The notes beneath the pieces were generated by a model, which worked only from the letters and a program-made list of their open reading frames with translations, searched no databases and was not told where the DNA came from. The position numbers and the translations under genes are program-made. DNA of 36,569 nucleotides from Candidatus Kapaibacterium sp. (GTDB lineage Bacteria > Bacteroidota > Ignavibacteria > Kapaibacteriales > Kapaibacteriaceae), in the NCBI GenBank assembly GCA_025455735.1, contig JALOMA010000001.1, forward strand, positions 1 to 36,569, written 5' to 3'. This document shows, in pieces, positions 1-9,373 of the stretch (the stretch's first letter is position 1; the number at the start of each line of letters is the position of its first letter).

Positions 1-2828
1 CACCCCCCGTCTTTACGACGTATGATCAGTTTGTTGCAAGCCTGTGCCAGGCCCACGATGGACTGGCTGCGCCCCATGTCTCCCACGGTGATGCCGCACT
101 CGTGGCTGATGTTCTGGCGCGACAACGCGGCACGAGGTTGTCGGCCCTTGGATGCACGTTCTCCGACGTCCAGCGCTGGCGCCGCGCGAATGCACACGTT
201 GGGCCAAACAGTGCCCCCACCGATATCCAGATGGCCGCCAGACTACAAGCCATAGCGGGATGCGTTGAAGCGCTCCAGGAAGCACGGCATGTAGCCGTGG
301 ATAGCGTGACGGCCCTTCGGTATTGCCTGCAGTCTCTTGTCGCAACCGTCAAGAATGGGCACGCCGTAACGTTTCGTGTTCGCGATCGCGAACAGGCCGT
401 ACGAAGCGTTCTGATTGTTGGGCACCACGTAATGCCGGCGTTGGATCGTTCACTGTGGACGCTGCTGGTGGCATCAGGATGGAGCGTTGTGATCCGCTGG
501 GCCGGAACGGCCCAGGATGACGATGATGACCACAATGAGTCCATTCAGCAGCTTGTCACTACGGCTGGTGACATCTGGCAACACGAGGCAGGCGCTTCTG
601 TGCCCTTGCCGCGGGTGCATTGTATCCGTGTGGCCAATGAACGACATCGCGATGCAGCCATACTTGGACCCATAAAAGAAGCATGCCTCCACGGGGGATT
701 GCAACCATCGGAAATTGTCGTTATACCGGCAGGTGACGACGGCACCGCAGAGATGCTGGATGAACGCGCTGCCCTTGCCGGAATTCCAGTGACTGCTTCG
801 GACCGTATGCCATTGGGGCGCAGTGCTCTCGCGGCTGCGCTGTTGGTCGCCTGCGACGTTGTAGCGGCACAATGGCGCCGTTCCGACGTGGAACGGCTTG
901 CGGCCACTGGTATCTGCGCCACCACGGTGCTCCACTTGGATGACCTGCTTGACTGCGCCCGTCGATATCGCATCCGTGGTGGATACGGTCCTTCCGATTG
1001 GGATCGCCGCCTGATGGCGCAACGCCGTCTCCTTGCAGCTGGGTACGGCACGGATGCTGCCGATGATGTGTCGCGAATCGATCGGGCGCGCATTGCGCTT
1101 AAGGCGCTGGTGGCCATCTGTGGCACCGCCCGCGATTCCTGGACGGCTTCCGAAGCTGCCACCGAGTTAGCCGATGGCCTTCTGATGCGACTTGGTGGGG
1201 AACGGCTGGCACGTAGCCAGTATCGGCAAGCAGAAGCTGCCGGACGCCCCGCAACAGCCATGGAGGCCTATCGTGCTGTTCGCGAGGCCATCGTTCGGTA
1301 CGGTACGATTGTTGGCAGCGTGGACCAACGTGCCTTACCTATGGCCGATCATGTACGGGCCATTCGTGCACTCGTGGAAAGTTGCATGGTGCGCATTCCA
1401 GATGTCCGTATCGATGGCGTCGACCTCTGCCAAGCCGACGATGTGCGTGACCGATCGTGGCGGCTCGTCGTGTCGCCTGTCTGGACGGAGTCCATCGTGC
1501 CGCTGGAACGCCGCGATGATGCCGATGCCGTTCTTGCCCCCGGCGATCGGATGCGCAGGGCCCAGAGACGCCTCCTCGATACGATTGCTGCGGGAGGATC
1601 AGATGGTCATGTTCTCCTGTTGTGGCCAGAGTCGATTGACACATTGGACCAAACACCATCAACATTGTTGGACTGGTTGGAGACGAAGACAACGGTCATC
1701 CATAACGCCCCACCCTATGTGGCCTGCCAATATCCACAACGTGTTCTTGTGTCTACCGACGATTGCGAAGCGCGCTCGTCATCAGGTTCACGCATGCGCA
1801 ATCGCACGGTGGGTTTTGACCATGCCATACTCTCTGATACAGCAAGGAAGCGCCTCCAGAAGAGAACGTCCAGGCCGGTGAGCCCCTCTCGGATCGACCT
1901 GTTGTCGACGTGTCCTTATCGCTTCGGCGCGTCAGCCATCATGGGACTATCGGTAGAGAACGCTGATGATGACCAGATGACGCCTCTGGAGCGAGGGTCG
2001 GTATTGCATGAAATGCTGGCCCTATTCGTTGAGCGCCTGGCTGGCGGGCCGGAGAGTTTTGCCGAGCATGGCCTACGGCTTGCAGACCACTCCTTTGATG
2101 ATGCCTATGCCGCTCTTCAAGCGACAGCCAATGACGTGCTCATGCGAATGGACGACGACCGTACGTTCGGTGAAGCGGAACACCGAACCTTGTTTGGGAC
2201 TCCAGAACAGGCTGGCCTCCTTCGACGATGGCTGGCGACGGCGCTGGCACAATCCCAGGCCAGTGACGCACGGATCGTGGCTGTGGAATTGGATCGTGAT
2301 ACAACCGTTATGCTCGGTGGGCGTCCCGTAGCGGTGCGCCTTCGCATTGACAGGATCGACGAGGTAACGACGGACAATGGCAGCATTTTCATTGTGTACG
2401 ACTACAAGAACACGAAGTCGAGCGTACCCAGTGTGGGGTCGGTATCCGAAGGTCGGGCATCACAGATGACCTTCTATCGCGCTGCCGTGCTGGAGTGGGC
2501 TGCCGAGACCAACCGTAGTGTGCTGGATGTATTGTGCGAATACATGCCGTTGGGTAATCGACTGCGGACGACGGAAGAGCCTGTGATTGATCATCGGCTG
2601 GGAGATCCCTTATTGGCTGAGTCGCTTGGATTCTCCGTAAAACGCAATCATCCCACTGCTCAGGATCAACTCGCCATGGCAGAATCTGGCATTCTGGAAG
2701 CCATCGACATGCTCTCGGCGCCAATCTGGCCCGTCTCTCCGGCAACAGCGCAAGCGTGCACGTATTGCCCATATGACGCACTTTGTCGTATCAATGAACT
2801 GGGCGCATCTGCGTCAACGCAGCATTAA
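1..2828 (+). CDS. AddB/RexB-like PD-(D/E)XK nuclease subunit with Fe-S staple cysteines (5' partial, enters from the left edge)
   Basis: The frame starting at nt 3 has no stop upstream of the GTG at 102, so the gene is truncated by the window. It has an inactivated-helicase layout (VFTTYDQF..., VLIVGHHVMPALDRSLWTLL resembling the vlvDGF block). The C-terminal RecB-type nuclease motif is IFIVYDYKNTK. Cysteines follow the AddB iron-staple pattern: STCPYRF, then C-TY-C-PYDAL-C (Cx2Cx5C) near the C-terminus. Confidence 0.75.
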   Translation, partial: PPVFTTYDQFVASLCQAHDGLAAPHVSHGDAALVADVLARQRGTRLSALGCTFSDVQRWRRANAHVGPNSAPTDIQMAARLQAIAGCVEALQEARHVAVDSVTALRYCLQSLVATVKNGHAVTFRVRDREQAVRSVLIVGHHVMPALDRSLWTLLVASGWSVVIRWAGTAQDDDDDHNESIQQLVTTAGDIWQHEAGASVPLPRVHCIRVANERHRDAAILGPIKEACLHGGLQPSEIVVIPAGDDGTAEMLDERAALAGIPVTASDRMPLGRSALAAALLVACDVVAAQWRRSDVERLAATGICATTVLHLDDLLDCARRYRIRGGYGPSDWDRRLMAQRRLLAAGYGTDAADDVSRIDRARIALKALVAICGTARDSWTASEAATELADGLLMRLGGERLARSQYRQAEAAGRPATAMEAYRAVREAIVRYGTIVGSVDQRALPMADHVRAIRALVESCMVRIPDVRIDGVDLCQADDVRDRSWRLVVSPVWTESIVPLERRDDADAVLAPGDRMRRAQRRLLDTIAAGGSDGHVLLLWPESIDTLDQTPSTLLDWLETKTTVIHNAPPYVACQYPQRVLVSTDDCEARSSSGSRMRNRTVGFDHAILSDTARKRLQKRTSRPVSPSRIDLLSTCPYRFGASAIMGLSVENADDDQMTPLERGSVLHEMLALFVERLAGGPESFAEHGLRLADHSFDDAYAALQATANDVLMRMDDDRTFGEAEHRTLFGTPEQAGLLRRWLATALAQSQASDARIVAVELDRDTTVMLGGRPVAVRLRIDRIDEVTTDNGSIFIVYDYKNTKSSVPSVGSVSEGRASQMTFYRAAVLEWAAETNRSVLDVLCEYMPLGNRLRTTEEPVIDHRLGDPLLAESLGFSVKRNHPTAQDQLAMAESGILEAIDMLSAPIWPVSPATAQACTYCPYDALCRINELGASASTQH

Positions 2829-2842
2829 CCTCAGGACCTCCT

Positions 2843-5302
2843 ATGCCATCATCACGCAAGCCCTCCCGTACTACTGCTGCCTCTCCTGTACGCCCTCTTG
2901 ATGCAGCAAAGCTCCGATGGAATTGTCCGGCAGCTGCACTGCCGTTTACGTCCACCCGTGAGGTGGTGCCGCTGCGCACCATTGTAGGCCAGGATCGTGC
3001 CATCGAGGCCATTCGTTTGGGCGCCCGTATCAAGTCGCAGGGGTACAACATCTACACCAGCGGTGTGGTAGGCACAGGGCGAATGACCACCATTCGTACC
3101 GTTCTTGATGAGATATGCACCGAAGATGTGGAGTTGCATGACTTCGCCTACGTTCACAACTTCCGGCAGCCAGATGCTCCTGTTCTCCTACGATTCCACA
3201 AAGGCCTCGGTAGGGTGTTTCAGCGGATGATGGATGACGCGATGCAGTTCTTGGCACGGCGCATTCCACAGCTTTTCGAAGAGGACTCGTTTCAGTCGTC
3301 ACGGAAGGTCCTTATTGAAGGATTCCAAGAGGGCGAAAAGACGATGCTGGAATCGTTCGACAAGAAAATTCGCCCTGCAGGATTCGTCCTTGGCTCCCTT
3401 CAGGATGAGGACGGCACGAGTAAAACGGAGATCTTCCCGATCATCGATGGTAAACCTGTTCAAATCGAACAATTGGAAGAGCTGCTGCAACAAGGTACCT
3501 TGACTCTCGACGCCGCCAAGAGTATCAGGACAGCGTATGATACACTCAAGGAAGAACTCGTAGGCATTAGCCGCCAGAGTGTACGCCATATGGTTGACTT
3601 CCGGCGCAAGTTGGCGGAGCACGATCAAGGAGCAGTTCAGCTGCTCATCAACACGGCATTCGAAGCCATCCGCCAGAGCTTTCCTCGTGACCGTGCTATT
3701 GAATTCCTCAATGGCGTCACAAAACATATCCTTGAAAATCTTGATGAGCTTATCAAGCTCATTCACAGCCGGGCCGCGTCGGCGGGGGCAGAAGAGGCAG
3801 CATCCGAAGAAGCCTTGCGGCAGTTCTTTGCCAAATATTCCGTGAATGTTGTTCTGGATAACTACGACTCCAAGTCTGCACCCGTCATCATTGAAACCAA
3901 TCCAACATATCAGTCGCTCTTCGGAACCATAGAGCGCAAGTACGATATGAGGGGATTCTATGTAACGGACTTTACCCAAATCAAGGCGGGTAGTATCCTG
4001 CGTGCCGATGGAGGGTATATTATCCTGAACGCTCTTGACGTTCTTTCCGACCCCACAATCTGGAACGCTCTCAAGAAAGTAATGCTGTATGGGCGCTTGG
4101 AAATTCAGAATCTGGATGCCCAATTCCAGCTGAATACCATCAAACCGGAGTGGATTAATCTGAATGTGAAGATCATTCTCTTGGGAGATCCTGGCATCTA
4201 CCTCGCATTATGGGGTGCTGATGAAGACTTCCATAAGATGTTCAAGGTTCATGCCGAGTTCGACAGCGAGACGTCCCTCAGCGATGACATGATAGGGCAC
4301 TATGCTGGGTTCTTTGCGTTGCTGGCCACCGAAGAAGGTCTCTTGCATTGCGATAAATCAGGGGCTGCTGCCCTGATTGAGTGGGCCGTGGAGTTTACGG
4401 AGTCACAAGAGAAAATCACGCTTCAATTCAGTTATGTGGCCGACGTAATGCGTGAGGCATCGTTTTATGCCAAGCAGGCCGGGAAGAAGCTCATCGGGCG
4501 CAAACATGTGCACCAGGCCATAGAACAACGGCATCGTCGCGGGAACCGGGCCGACGAAGAAATTCGTCAACAGATACGCAAGGGAACGTTGCTCATCGAT
4601 ACGGCAGGATCGCGGGTTGGCCAAATCAATGGCCTTACGGTCTATAGCACTGGTATCGTCAGTTTTGGTAAACCTGCCCGCATTACGGCAGCCGTAAGTG
4701 CCGGAACATCCGGAATTATCAATATTGAACGCGAAGTGGAAATGAGTGGCGCAATCCATAACAAGGGTGTACTCATCCTCTATGGTTTGCTACGCAGCAT
4801 GTTCTCGCGCTCCCAACCGATGAGCTTTACAGCAAGTATTGCCTTTGAGCAAAGCTATGGCGGCATCGATGGCGACAGCGCCTCGGCAGCAGAAATCATC
4901 GCATTACTTTCGGCCATCGCCAATATCCCTGTGCGTCAGGACCTAGCCATCACGGGTAGTATCAACCAAAAGGGTGACATACAACCCATCGGCGGACTGA
5001 ACGAAAAAATCACCGGATTTTTCGAAGTATGCAAGGATCGCGGGTTGACAGGGACACAGGGCGTTGTGCTTCCTGTACAAAACGTCACGGACCTAATGCT
5101 TCGTGACGAGATCATCGACGCCGTTAAGAAAAAACAGTTCTCTCTCTATCCAGTTGCACGGATCGAAGAAGCCGTCGAGTTAATGTTGGCAATGCCAGCA
5201 GGCATCGTTGGGAAGGACGGGCACTTCCCCGATGGTACGGTCTATGCCAAGGTCCAGCACAACCTCTCCGTTTTACACCAGGCTAGTTCCAAAGCATCGT
5301 AG
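2843..5302 (+). CDS. Lon-like (LonC / YcbZ-LonH-type) serine protease with a degenerate AAA-like module
   Basis: The 819-aa product has a C-terminal S16 domain collinear with E. coli YcbZ as I recall it (FEQSYGGIDGDSASAAEIIALLSAI...ITGSINQKGDIQPIGGLNEKITGFF). The Ser-Lys dyad residues are present (GDSAS, GGLNEK). The N-terminal P-loop-like GVVGTGRMTT has Arg where the Walker A Lys should be. GGYIILNALD replaces a hhhhDE Walker B. A long charged helical insertion lies between these elements. Confidence 0.85.
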   Translation: MPSSRKPSRTTAASPVRPLDAAKLRWNCPAAALPFTSTREVVPLRTIVGQDRAIEAIRLGARIKSQGYNIYTSGVVGTGRMTTIRTVLDEICTEDVELHDFAYVHNFRQPDAPVLLRFHKGLGRVFQRMMDDAMQFLARRIPQLFEEDSFQSSRKVLIEGFQEGEKTMLESFDKKIRPAGFVLGSLQDEDGTSKTEIFPIIDGKPVQIEQLEELLQQGTLTLDAAKSIRTAYDTLKEELVGISRQSVRHMVDFRRKLAEHDQGAVQLLINTAFEAIRQSFPRDRAIEFLNGVTKHILENLDELIKLIHSRAASAGAEEAASEEALRQFFAKYSVNVVLDNYDSKSAPVIIETNPTYQSLFGTIERKYDMRGFYVTDFTQIKAGSILRADGGYIILNALDVLSDPTIWNALKKVMLYGRLEIQNLDAQFQLNTIKPEWINLNVKIILLGDPGIYLALWGADEDFHKMFKVHAEFDSETSLSDDMIGHYAGFFALLATEEGLLHCDKSGAAALIEWAVEFTESQEKITLQFSYVADVMREASFYAKQAGKKLIGRKHVHQAIEQRHRRGNRADEEIRQQIRKGTLLIDTAGSRVGQINGLTVYSTGIVSFGKPARITAAVSAGTSGIINIEREVEMSGAIHNKGVLILYGLLRSMFSRSQPMSFTASIAFEQSYGGIDGDSASAAEIIALLSAIANIPVRQDLAITGSINQKGDIQPIGGLNEKITGFFEVCKDRGLTGTQGVVLPVQNVTDLMLRDEIIDAVKKKQFSLYPVARIEEAVELMLAMPAGIVGKDGHFPDGTVYAKVQHNLSVLHQASSKAS

Positions 5303-5308
5303 GCAATA

Positions 5309-6334
5309 TTATGCCAAGGCTGGTTCAAGCCACGCTGCAATGGCCTCCAGGGAGACCTCGCGGCCAATAAACACAAGTTCAGTTGTGGCCGCTGAAAGGT
5401 CTGTCCAATGACCAATGTCGTTGAACATTGTCGCCTTGCCAGCCTGATTCCAGGAGAAAGCCCTATCCGTACCTTTGAGAACGAGAAAGCCCTTGCTTCG
5501 CAGAATGTTCTTGGGCAGTGATGTCTCGATGAGTCCGATGAGCTTCTCTTCTATAAACGGACGTTTCGAGCGAAAGACAACGGCATTAAGTCCATAGGTC
5601 TCCGATTCTGGAGTGTGCTTGTTCTCCAGTTCATAGAGCCAAGGTTCGGACTCTCTTGCCTCCTCGATGTCGAAACTGTCGGTATCCAACAACGCATTGA
5701 TATCGATGGCACCATGCGTGGAGACAAGAATGGTAGCCGACGGGTTAACGAGCGCCAGAAACCGGCGTAGTTCCTCGATGCGTGCCTCCGAGACGCAATC
5801 TGCCTTGCTGATAACAAGCGTTGTTGCGCCTTCTACCTGTTGGCTGAGAAGTTGGCCAAAGCCCCTTTCAAAATCATCGTTGGGAATGGTTCCAGTCTTG
5901 CCGTACATATCAAAGAAGGAGACGGCATCCACGACGGTGACTAGGGAGTCCACGTGAACGCGACCATTCAGGTTCGGAACCGCTACGTCGAGCTCCAGCA
6001 GGGAAGGGTCGACGTGCAGGGCCTGCGCAATAGGGATAGGCTCACCCAGTCCCGTGGACTCCACGACGATGGCGTCCACGTCGTGGGTGGTGATGATGTC
6101 GTCAATAGCTTCGATCAGGTCACCGCGGAGGGTACAGCAGATGCATCCATTGGACAGTTCGATGGTGCGTTCCGTTGTGTGTTTCACGAGGCCGGCATCG
6201 ACGTTGACGGCTCCGAACTCATTGACGATGATGGCAATCCTGCGGCCTTCGGCATTTGCCAAGAGAGCGTTGAGAATGGTTGTCTTTCCTGCGCCCAAGA
6301 AGCCACAGAGAACAGTTACAGGGACGGATGTCAT
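5309..6334 (-). CDS. COG0523 (CobW/YjiA/ZigA-like) G3E-family GTPase, putative zinc metallochaperone
   Basis: The start is set at the internal Met (MTSVPVTVLCGFLGAGKTT), because the 74-codon upstream extension overlaps zur. Motifs present: P-loop GFLGAGKTT, canonical GCICCT (CxCC), ESTGLGEP, and a CobW_C-like C-terminus. Confidence 0.85.
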   Translation of the reverse strand: MTSVPVTVLCGFLGAGKTTILNALLANAEGRRIAIIVNEFGAVNVDAGLVKHTTERTIELSNGCICCTLRGDLIEAIDDIITTHDVDAIVVESTGLGEPIPIAQALHVDPSLLELDVAVPNLNGRVHVDSLVTVVDAVSFFDMYGKTGTIPNDDFERGFGQLLSQQVEGATTLVISKADCVSEARIEELRRFLALVNPSATILVSTHGAIDINALLDTDSFDIEEARESEPWLYELENKHTPESETYGLNAVVFRSKRPFIEEKLIGLIETSLPKNILRSKGFLVLKGTDRAFSWNQAGKATMFNDIGHWTDLSAATTELVFIGREVSLEAIAAWLEPALA

Positions 6335-6353
6335 GGTGGTTTGGTAGAGATTG

Positions 6354-6758
6354 TTAAGCACACTGTGGACATGTACCGTAGAAGCGTACGGCATGGGTGA
6401 TGGAGGACCATCCTGTTTCCGTGGAAAGCTTGTGGTCCAAGCTGGCCATATGGCAGGTTGGCAGGGCAATCGTTGCACGACAACGCCGGCATTCCAACAG
6501 ATGCGTATGATGCTGCGTTTGTTCGAGGATATACCGTACACCGTGATGATCGGCATCGGCTATTTGTACGAGTCCAGCTTCATGAAACAACGCAAGAATT
6601 CGGTGAACGGTGGCCAGGTCGATACCATAGTGTGCTACGGTATCATGTACCTGACGTGCCGTTAGGGCTGCAGGCGCTTGATGTAATGCGTCGTGCACAG
6701 CTATTCTCTGCGCTGTGGGCCGCATGCCGGCGGTGCGGAGGATGTCACGCGTGGACAT
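6354..6758 (-). CDS. zur: Fur-family metalloregulator, probably Zur
   Basis: MSTRDILRTAGMRPTAQRIAV... is a typical Fur-family N-terminus with a winged helix. It has an HHTH metal-site block and the structural zinc pairs CRRC and CPQC. It sits between two COG0523 genes, and its start overlaps the upstream gene's stop by 14 nt. An alternative start lies at 6725. Confidence 0.8.
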   Translation of the reverse strand: MSTRDILRTAGMRPTAQRIAVHDALHQAPAALTARQVHDTVAHYGIDLATVHRILALFHEAGLVQIADADHHGVRYILEQTQHHTHLLECRRCRATIALPTCHMASLDHKLSTETGWSSITHAVRFYGTCPQCA

Positions 6759-7749
6759 GGGAAGCAGAAGAACGTTGGTGGACTTCAATACTCGATTCTG
6801 GTAGCAATGCCGCAGATGCCAGGGCACTATGGACATGTTCAGCAGAAAGGCTACAGCCGATCAAGACGAGCGTCGTTGAAGGTTGCTGCCCTTGTGGAGT
6901 GGCCGCAATGGACTCCCAGCCATACATGCCATGGACACCGTGGACAACGATTCGTGACCCGTCGTCGGCCAAGGTGATGACGCCCTTGAGGCGATAGAGG
7001 GATGCTCCCAAGGTTGCCGCAAGAAGAGTAATGAGTGCGCTTACCGCGTGCCGATCGACGGCCTGATTGATTCGAACGGAAACGCTCGTTATATCATCCA
7101 GATGGTCGTGAGTTGCAACAGGACCATCATCATGCTTCAATGTGGGTGCCTGGTCATACAGTAACAACGAGGCCAACGTTTCGCCCACATCGGCGTATGA
7201 TGACTGATGAATCGATGCACCAGGAGCAATCACGCCGATGAGGCCTTCAACGTCGGCCACTGTATAGTCGTCAACACAATCTACTTTGGTAAGGACAACG
7301 TGATCGGCGTACCGAAGCTGATTCCTACAGGTATCACGACGAGTAATATCGTCATATCCACAACGTGCATCTACGGTGCAGACAATGCCGCGAAGGACAA
7401 CTCGTTCAGCGAGTTCCCGAGTTGACAGCACAGTTGCTACAATGGGAGCAGGATCAGCTACGCCACTTGTTTCGAGGATGATGTGTTGGCATCCCTGGAA
7501 GGCCATTGCCAGAATGGCATCTGCAACGTCGGTCAGCACGGAACAACATGCACAGCCATCTGCTATTCCTCTGATATTCTCCTTGGCGGTACCAAAAAGA
7601 ATACTGTCGATGTCGATTCTGCCGAATTCATTAACAACGATGCCCGTTTTTGCGGGCAAATGGCCAAGCAGCGCATTTACGAGCGTTGTTTTTCCGGCAC
7701 CAAGGAAGCCAGTAATGATCGTCAACGGAATGCGCTGCTGTGTGTCCAT
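6745..7749 (-). CDS. COG0523 (CobW-like) G3E-family GTPase, putative zinc metallochaperone, first gene of the operon
   Basis: Motifs present: P-loop GFLGAGKTT, NEFG, GCACCS (CxCC retained), ETSGVADP, and LTKVD (NKxD-like). Confidence 0.85.
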   Translation of the reverse strand: MDTQQRIPLTIITGFLGAGKTTLVNALLGHLPAKTGIVVNEFGRIDIDSILFGTAKENIRGIADGCACCSVLTDVADAILAMAFQGCQHIILETSGVADPAPIVATVLSTRELAERVVLRGIVCTVDARCGYDDITRRDTCRNQLRYADHVVLTKVDCVDDYTVADVEGLIGVIAPGASIHQSSYADVGETLASLLLYDQAPTLKHDDGPVATHDHLDDITSVSVRINQAVDRHAVSALITLLAATLGASLYRLKGVITLADDGSRIVVHGVHGMYGWESIAATPQGQQPSTTLVLIGCSLSAEHVHSALASAALLPESSIEVHQRSSASHVHA

Positions 7750-7775
7750 ATGCGAAAATGGGACACAAACAGTTT

Positions 7776-7796
7776 AGATGCAAATAATTTGCATCT
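7776..7796. promoter_or_regulatory. Candidate Zur/Fur-type operator: perfect 10-1-10 palindrome AGATGCAAAT-A-ATTTGCATCT
   Basis: Read directly from the sequence. It is AT-rich with 21-nt dyad symmetry. It lies 27-47 nt upstream of the ATG (7749) of the COG0523-zur-COG0523 operon, in the only intergenic gap available for its promoter. Confidence 0.5.
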
Positions 7797-7823
7797 GCAA
7801 GTGACTGACAAGAATGCCGAACC

Positions 7824-9350
7824 TTAGTGGCGGAAGTGTCTCATACCAGTAAAGATCATGGCTATATCATGAGCGTTGGCTGCGGCGATGACTTCTTCGT
7901 CGCGGACGGAGCCACCAGGTTGGATGACGCATGTTGCTCCAGCTTCTGCAGCCTGAAGCAGACCATCTGCAAAGGGAAAGAACGCATCGGAGGCTACGGC
8001 GCAACCCGAGAGGTCAAGGCCGGCATCCTGGGCTTTGCGAACGGCAATGCGTGCGGAATCCAATCGGGACATCTGGCCAGCGCCAATTGCCAGCGTTCGA
8101 TCTTGGGAAGCGTAAACAATGGCATTGCTCTTGACATGCTTGGCAACGGTCCAGGCAAACATCATGGCTTGGCGTTCGCTCTCGGTAGGTTGGCGATCCG
8201 TTACCACGCGAAGCGCTGTTTCGTCCAGGAGTGCTAGATCAGCAGACTGCACAAGCAGACCACCAGCAACGCTGCGTATCATAGGCGCAGATGCATTGCC
8301 CAGTTTGCTGAAATCAACGGTGAGAAGTCGCCGATCTCGCTTTTTCGTTAGTAATTCAAGTGCCTCTGCCGTGTATGATGGGGCAATGAGGACTTCGGCG
8401 AACAGCGGATGTACTGTTTCAGCCACGGAGCCATCAATCGGCATATTGAAGGCAAGGATTCCACCAAACGGACTCACCGTATCAGTGGCAAAGGCTCTCT
8501 GATAGGCCTCACCAAGAGTGGTTCCTGTGCCTACACCGCAAGGATTGTTGTGTTTGACGATAACGACGGATGGTTCGCGGAACTCGGCTACCAAGGCCGT
8601 GGCTGCGTCGACGTCGAGGATGTTGTTGTAGCTGAGCTCCTTGCCATGCAGCTGATGGAAAATCTTGAGAAACGATCCATACAAGCCAGCATGCTGATGT
8701 GGATTCTCGCCATACCGCAAGGATTGCTCCAGGCGCAGCGGTAGGGCCGTCTCCGTAGGCAGCCCAACGGTTGACTGGCTGGCAAGCCATTGGCTGATCG
8801 TCGCGTCGTAGTGAGCCGTGTGCGAGAAGGCCTTCAAGGCCAGCGTTTGCCGTTGCGATTGCGAGATGGTTCCAGTAGACTCCAGCTCCGACGCCACCAG
8901 GTCGTAGTCGGAAGGATCGGTTATGATGACGGTATGGGCGAAGTTCTTGGCAGAGGCTCTAACCATGGCAGGGCCGCCGATGTCAATGTTCTCGATCAGA
9001 TCGTCAAAGCTGGCGTCTTGTCGCGCCAACGTTTGTTCAAAAGGATATAGGTTGACAGCGACAATGTCAATTTTCGTGATCGCATGGTCAGCCATGGCCT
9101 TGGCATGATGGGGGAGATCTGGCCTGGCTAATAGTCCACCATGGATGGTGGGATGGAGCGTCTTGACACGCCCGTCGAGAATTTCAGGGAATCCCGTAAC
9201 ATCCGAGACTTTCGTCACAGCAATGCCGGCATCGGCGAGACTGGCAGCGGTGCCGCCCGTGGAGATGATGGTGAAGCCAAGGGAATGCAGGCGACGGGCA
9301 AAGTCAATGACTCCCGTCTTGTCCGAAACAGAAATGAGGGCGGTTTTCAT
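7824..9350 (-). CDS. purH: Bifunctional AICAR transformylase / IMP cyclohydrolase
   Basis: MKTALISVSDKTG... is the MGS-like IMPCH domain. The protein is full length at 508 aa and ends in the conserved ...FTGMRHFRH. Confidence 0.95.
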   Translation of the reverse strand: MKTALISVSDKTGVIDFARRLHSLGFTIISTGGTAASLADAGIAVTKVSDVTGFPEILDGRVKTLHPTIHGGLLARPDLPHHAKAMADHAITKIDIVAVNLYPFEQTLARQDASFDDLIENIDIGGPAMVRASAKNFAHTVIITDPSDYDLVASELESTGTISQSQRQTLALKAFSHTAHYDATISQWLASQSTVGLPTETALPLRLEQSLRYGENPHQHAGLYGSFLKIFHQLHGKELSYNNILDVDAATALVAEFREPSVVIVKHNNPCGVGTGTTLGEAYQRAFATDTVSPFGGILAFNMPIDGSVAETVHPLFAEVLIAPSYTAEALELLTKKRDRRLLTVDFSKLGNASAPMIRSVAGGLLVQSADLALLDETALRVVTDRQPTESERQAMMFAWTVAKHVKSNAIVYASQDRTLAIGAGQMSRLDSARIAVRKAQDAGLDLSGCAVASDAFFPFADGLLQAAEAGATCVIQPGGSVRDEEVIAAANAHDIAMIFTGMRHFRH

Positions 9351-9373
9351 GGGCGCAAAGATAACACCCTTGG

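Noticed and set aside
243-428. A 61-aa minus-strand ORF (VPNNQNASYGLFAIANTKRYGVPILDGCDKRLQAIPKGRH...) that superficially looks protein-like.
   Set aside because: The plus-strand frame across the same bases is continuous with the AddB-like protein from nt 3 and fits that family's expected region before the vlvDGF-like block. The minus ORF is short, has no continuation in any frame and no start context.
2843-5302. The possibility that the Lon-like protease is a BrxL-type component of a BREX-like defence island.
   Set aside because: No PglZ, PglX methyltransferase, BrxA/B/C or other defence genes are in the window. The flanks are housekeeping or zinc-homeostasis genes. The protein resembles YcbZ/LonC-type proteases rather than what I recall of BrxL.
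7776-7796. Reading the 21-nt palindrome purely as the purH transcription terminator.
   Set aside because: This is not fully excluded. However, the dyad leaves only a 1-nt loop, the stem is AT-rich, and no clean U-tract follows on the minus strand. Its position directly upstream of a Zur-containing operon fits an operator better. I kept it as an alternative under the Zur finding.
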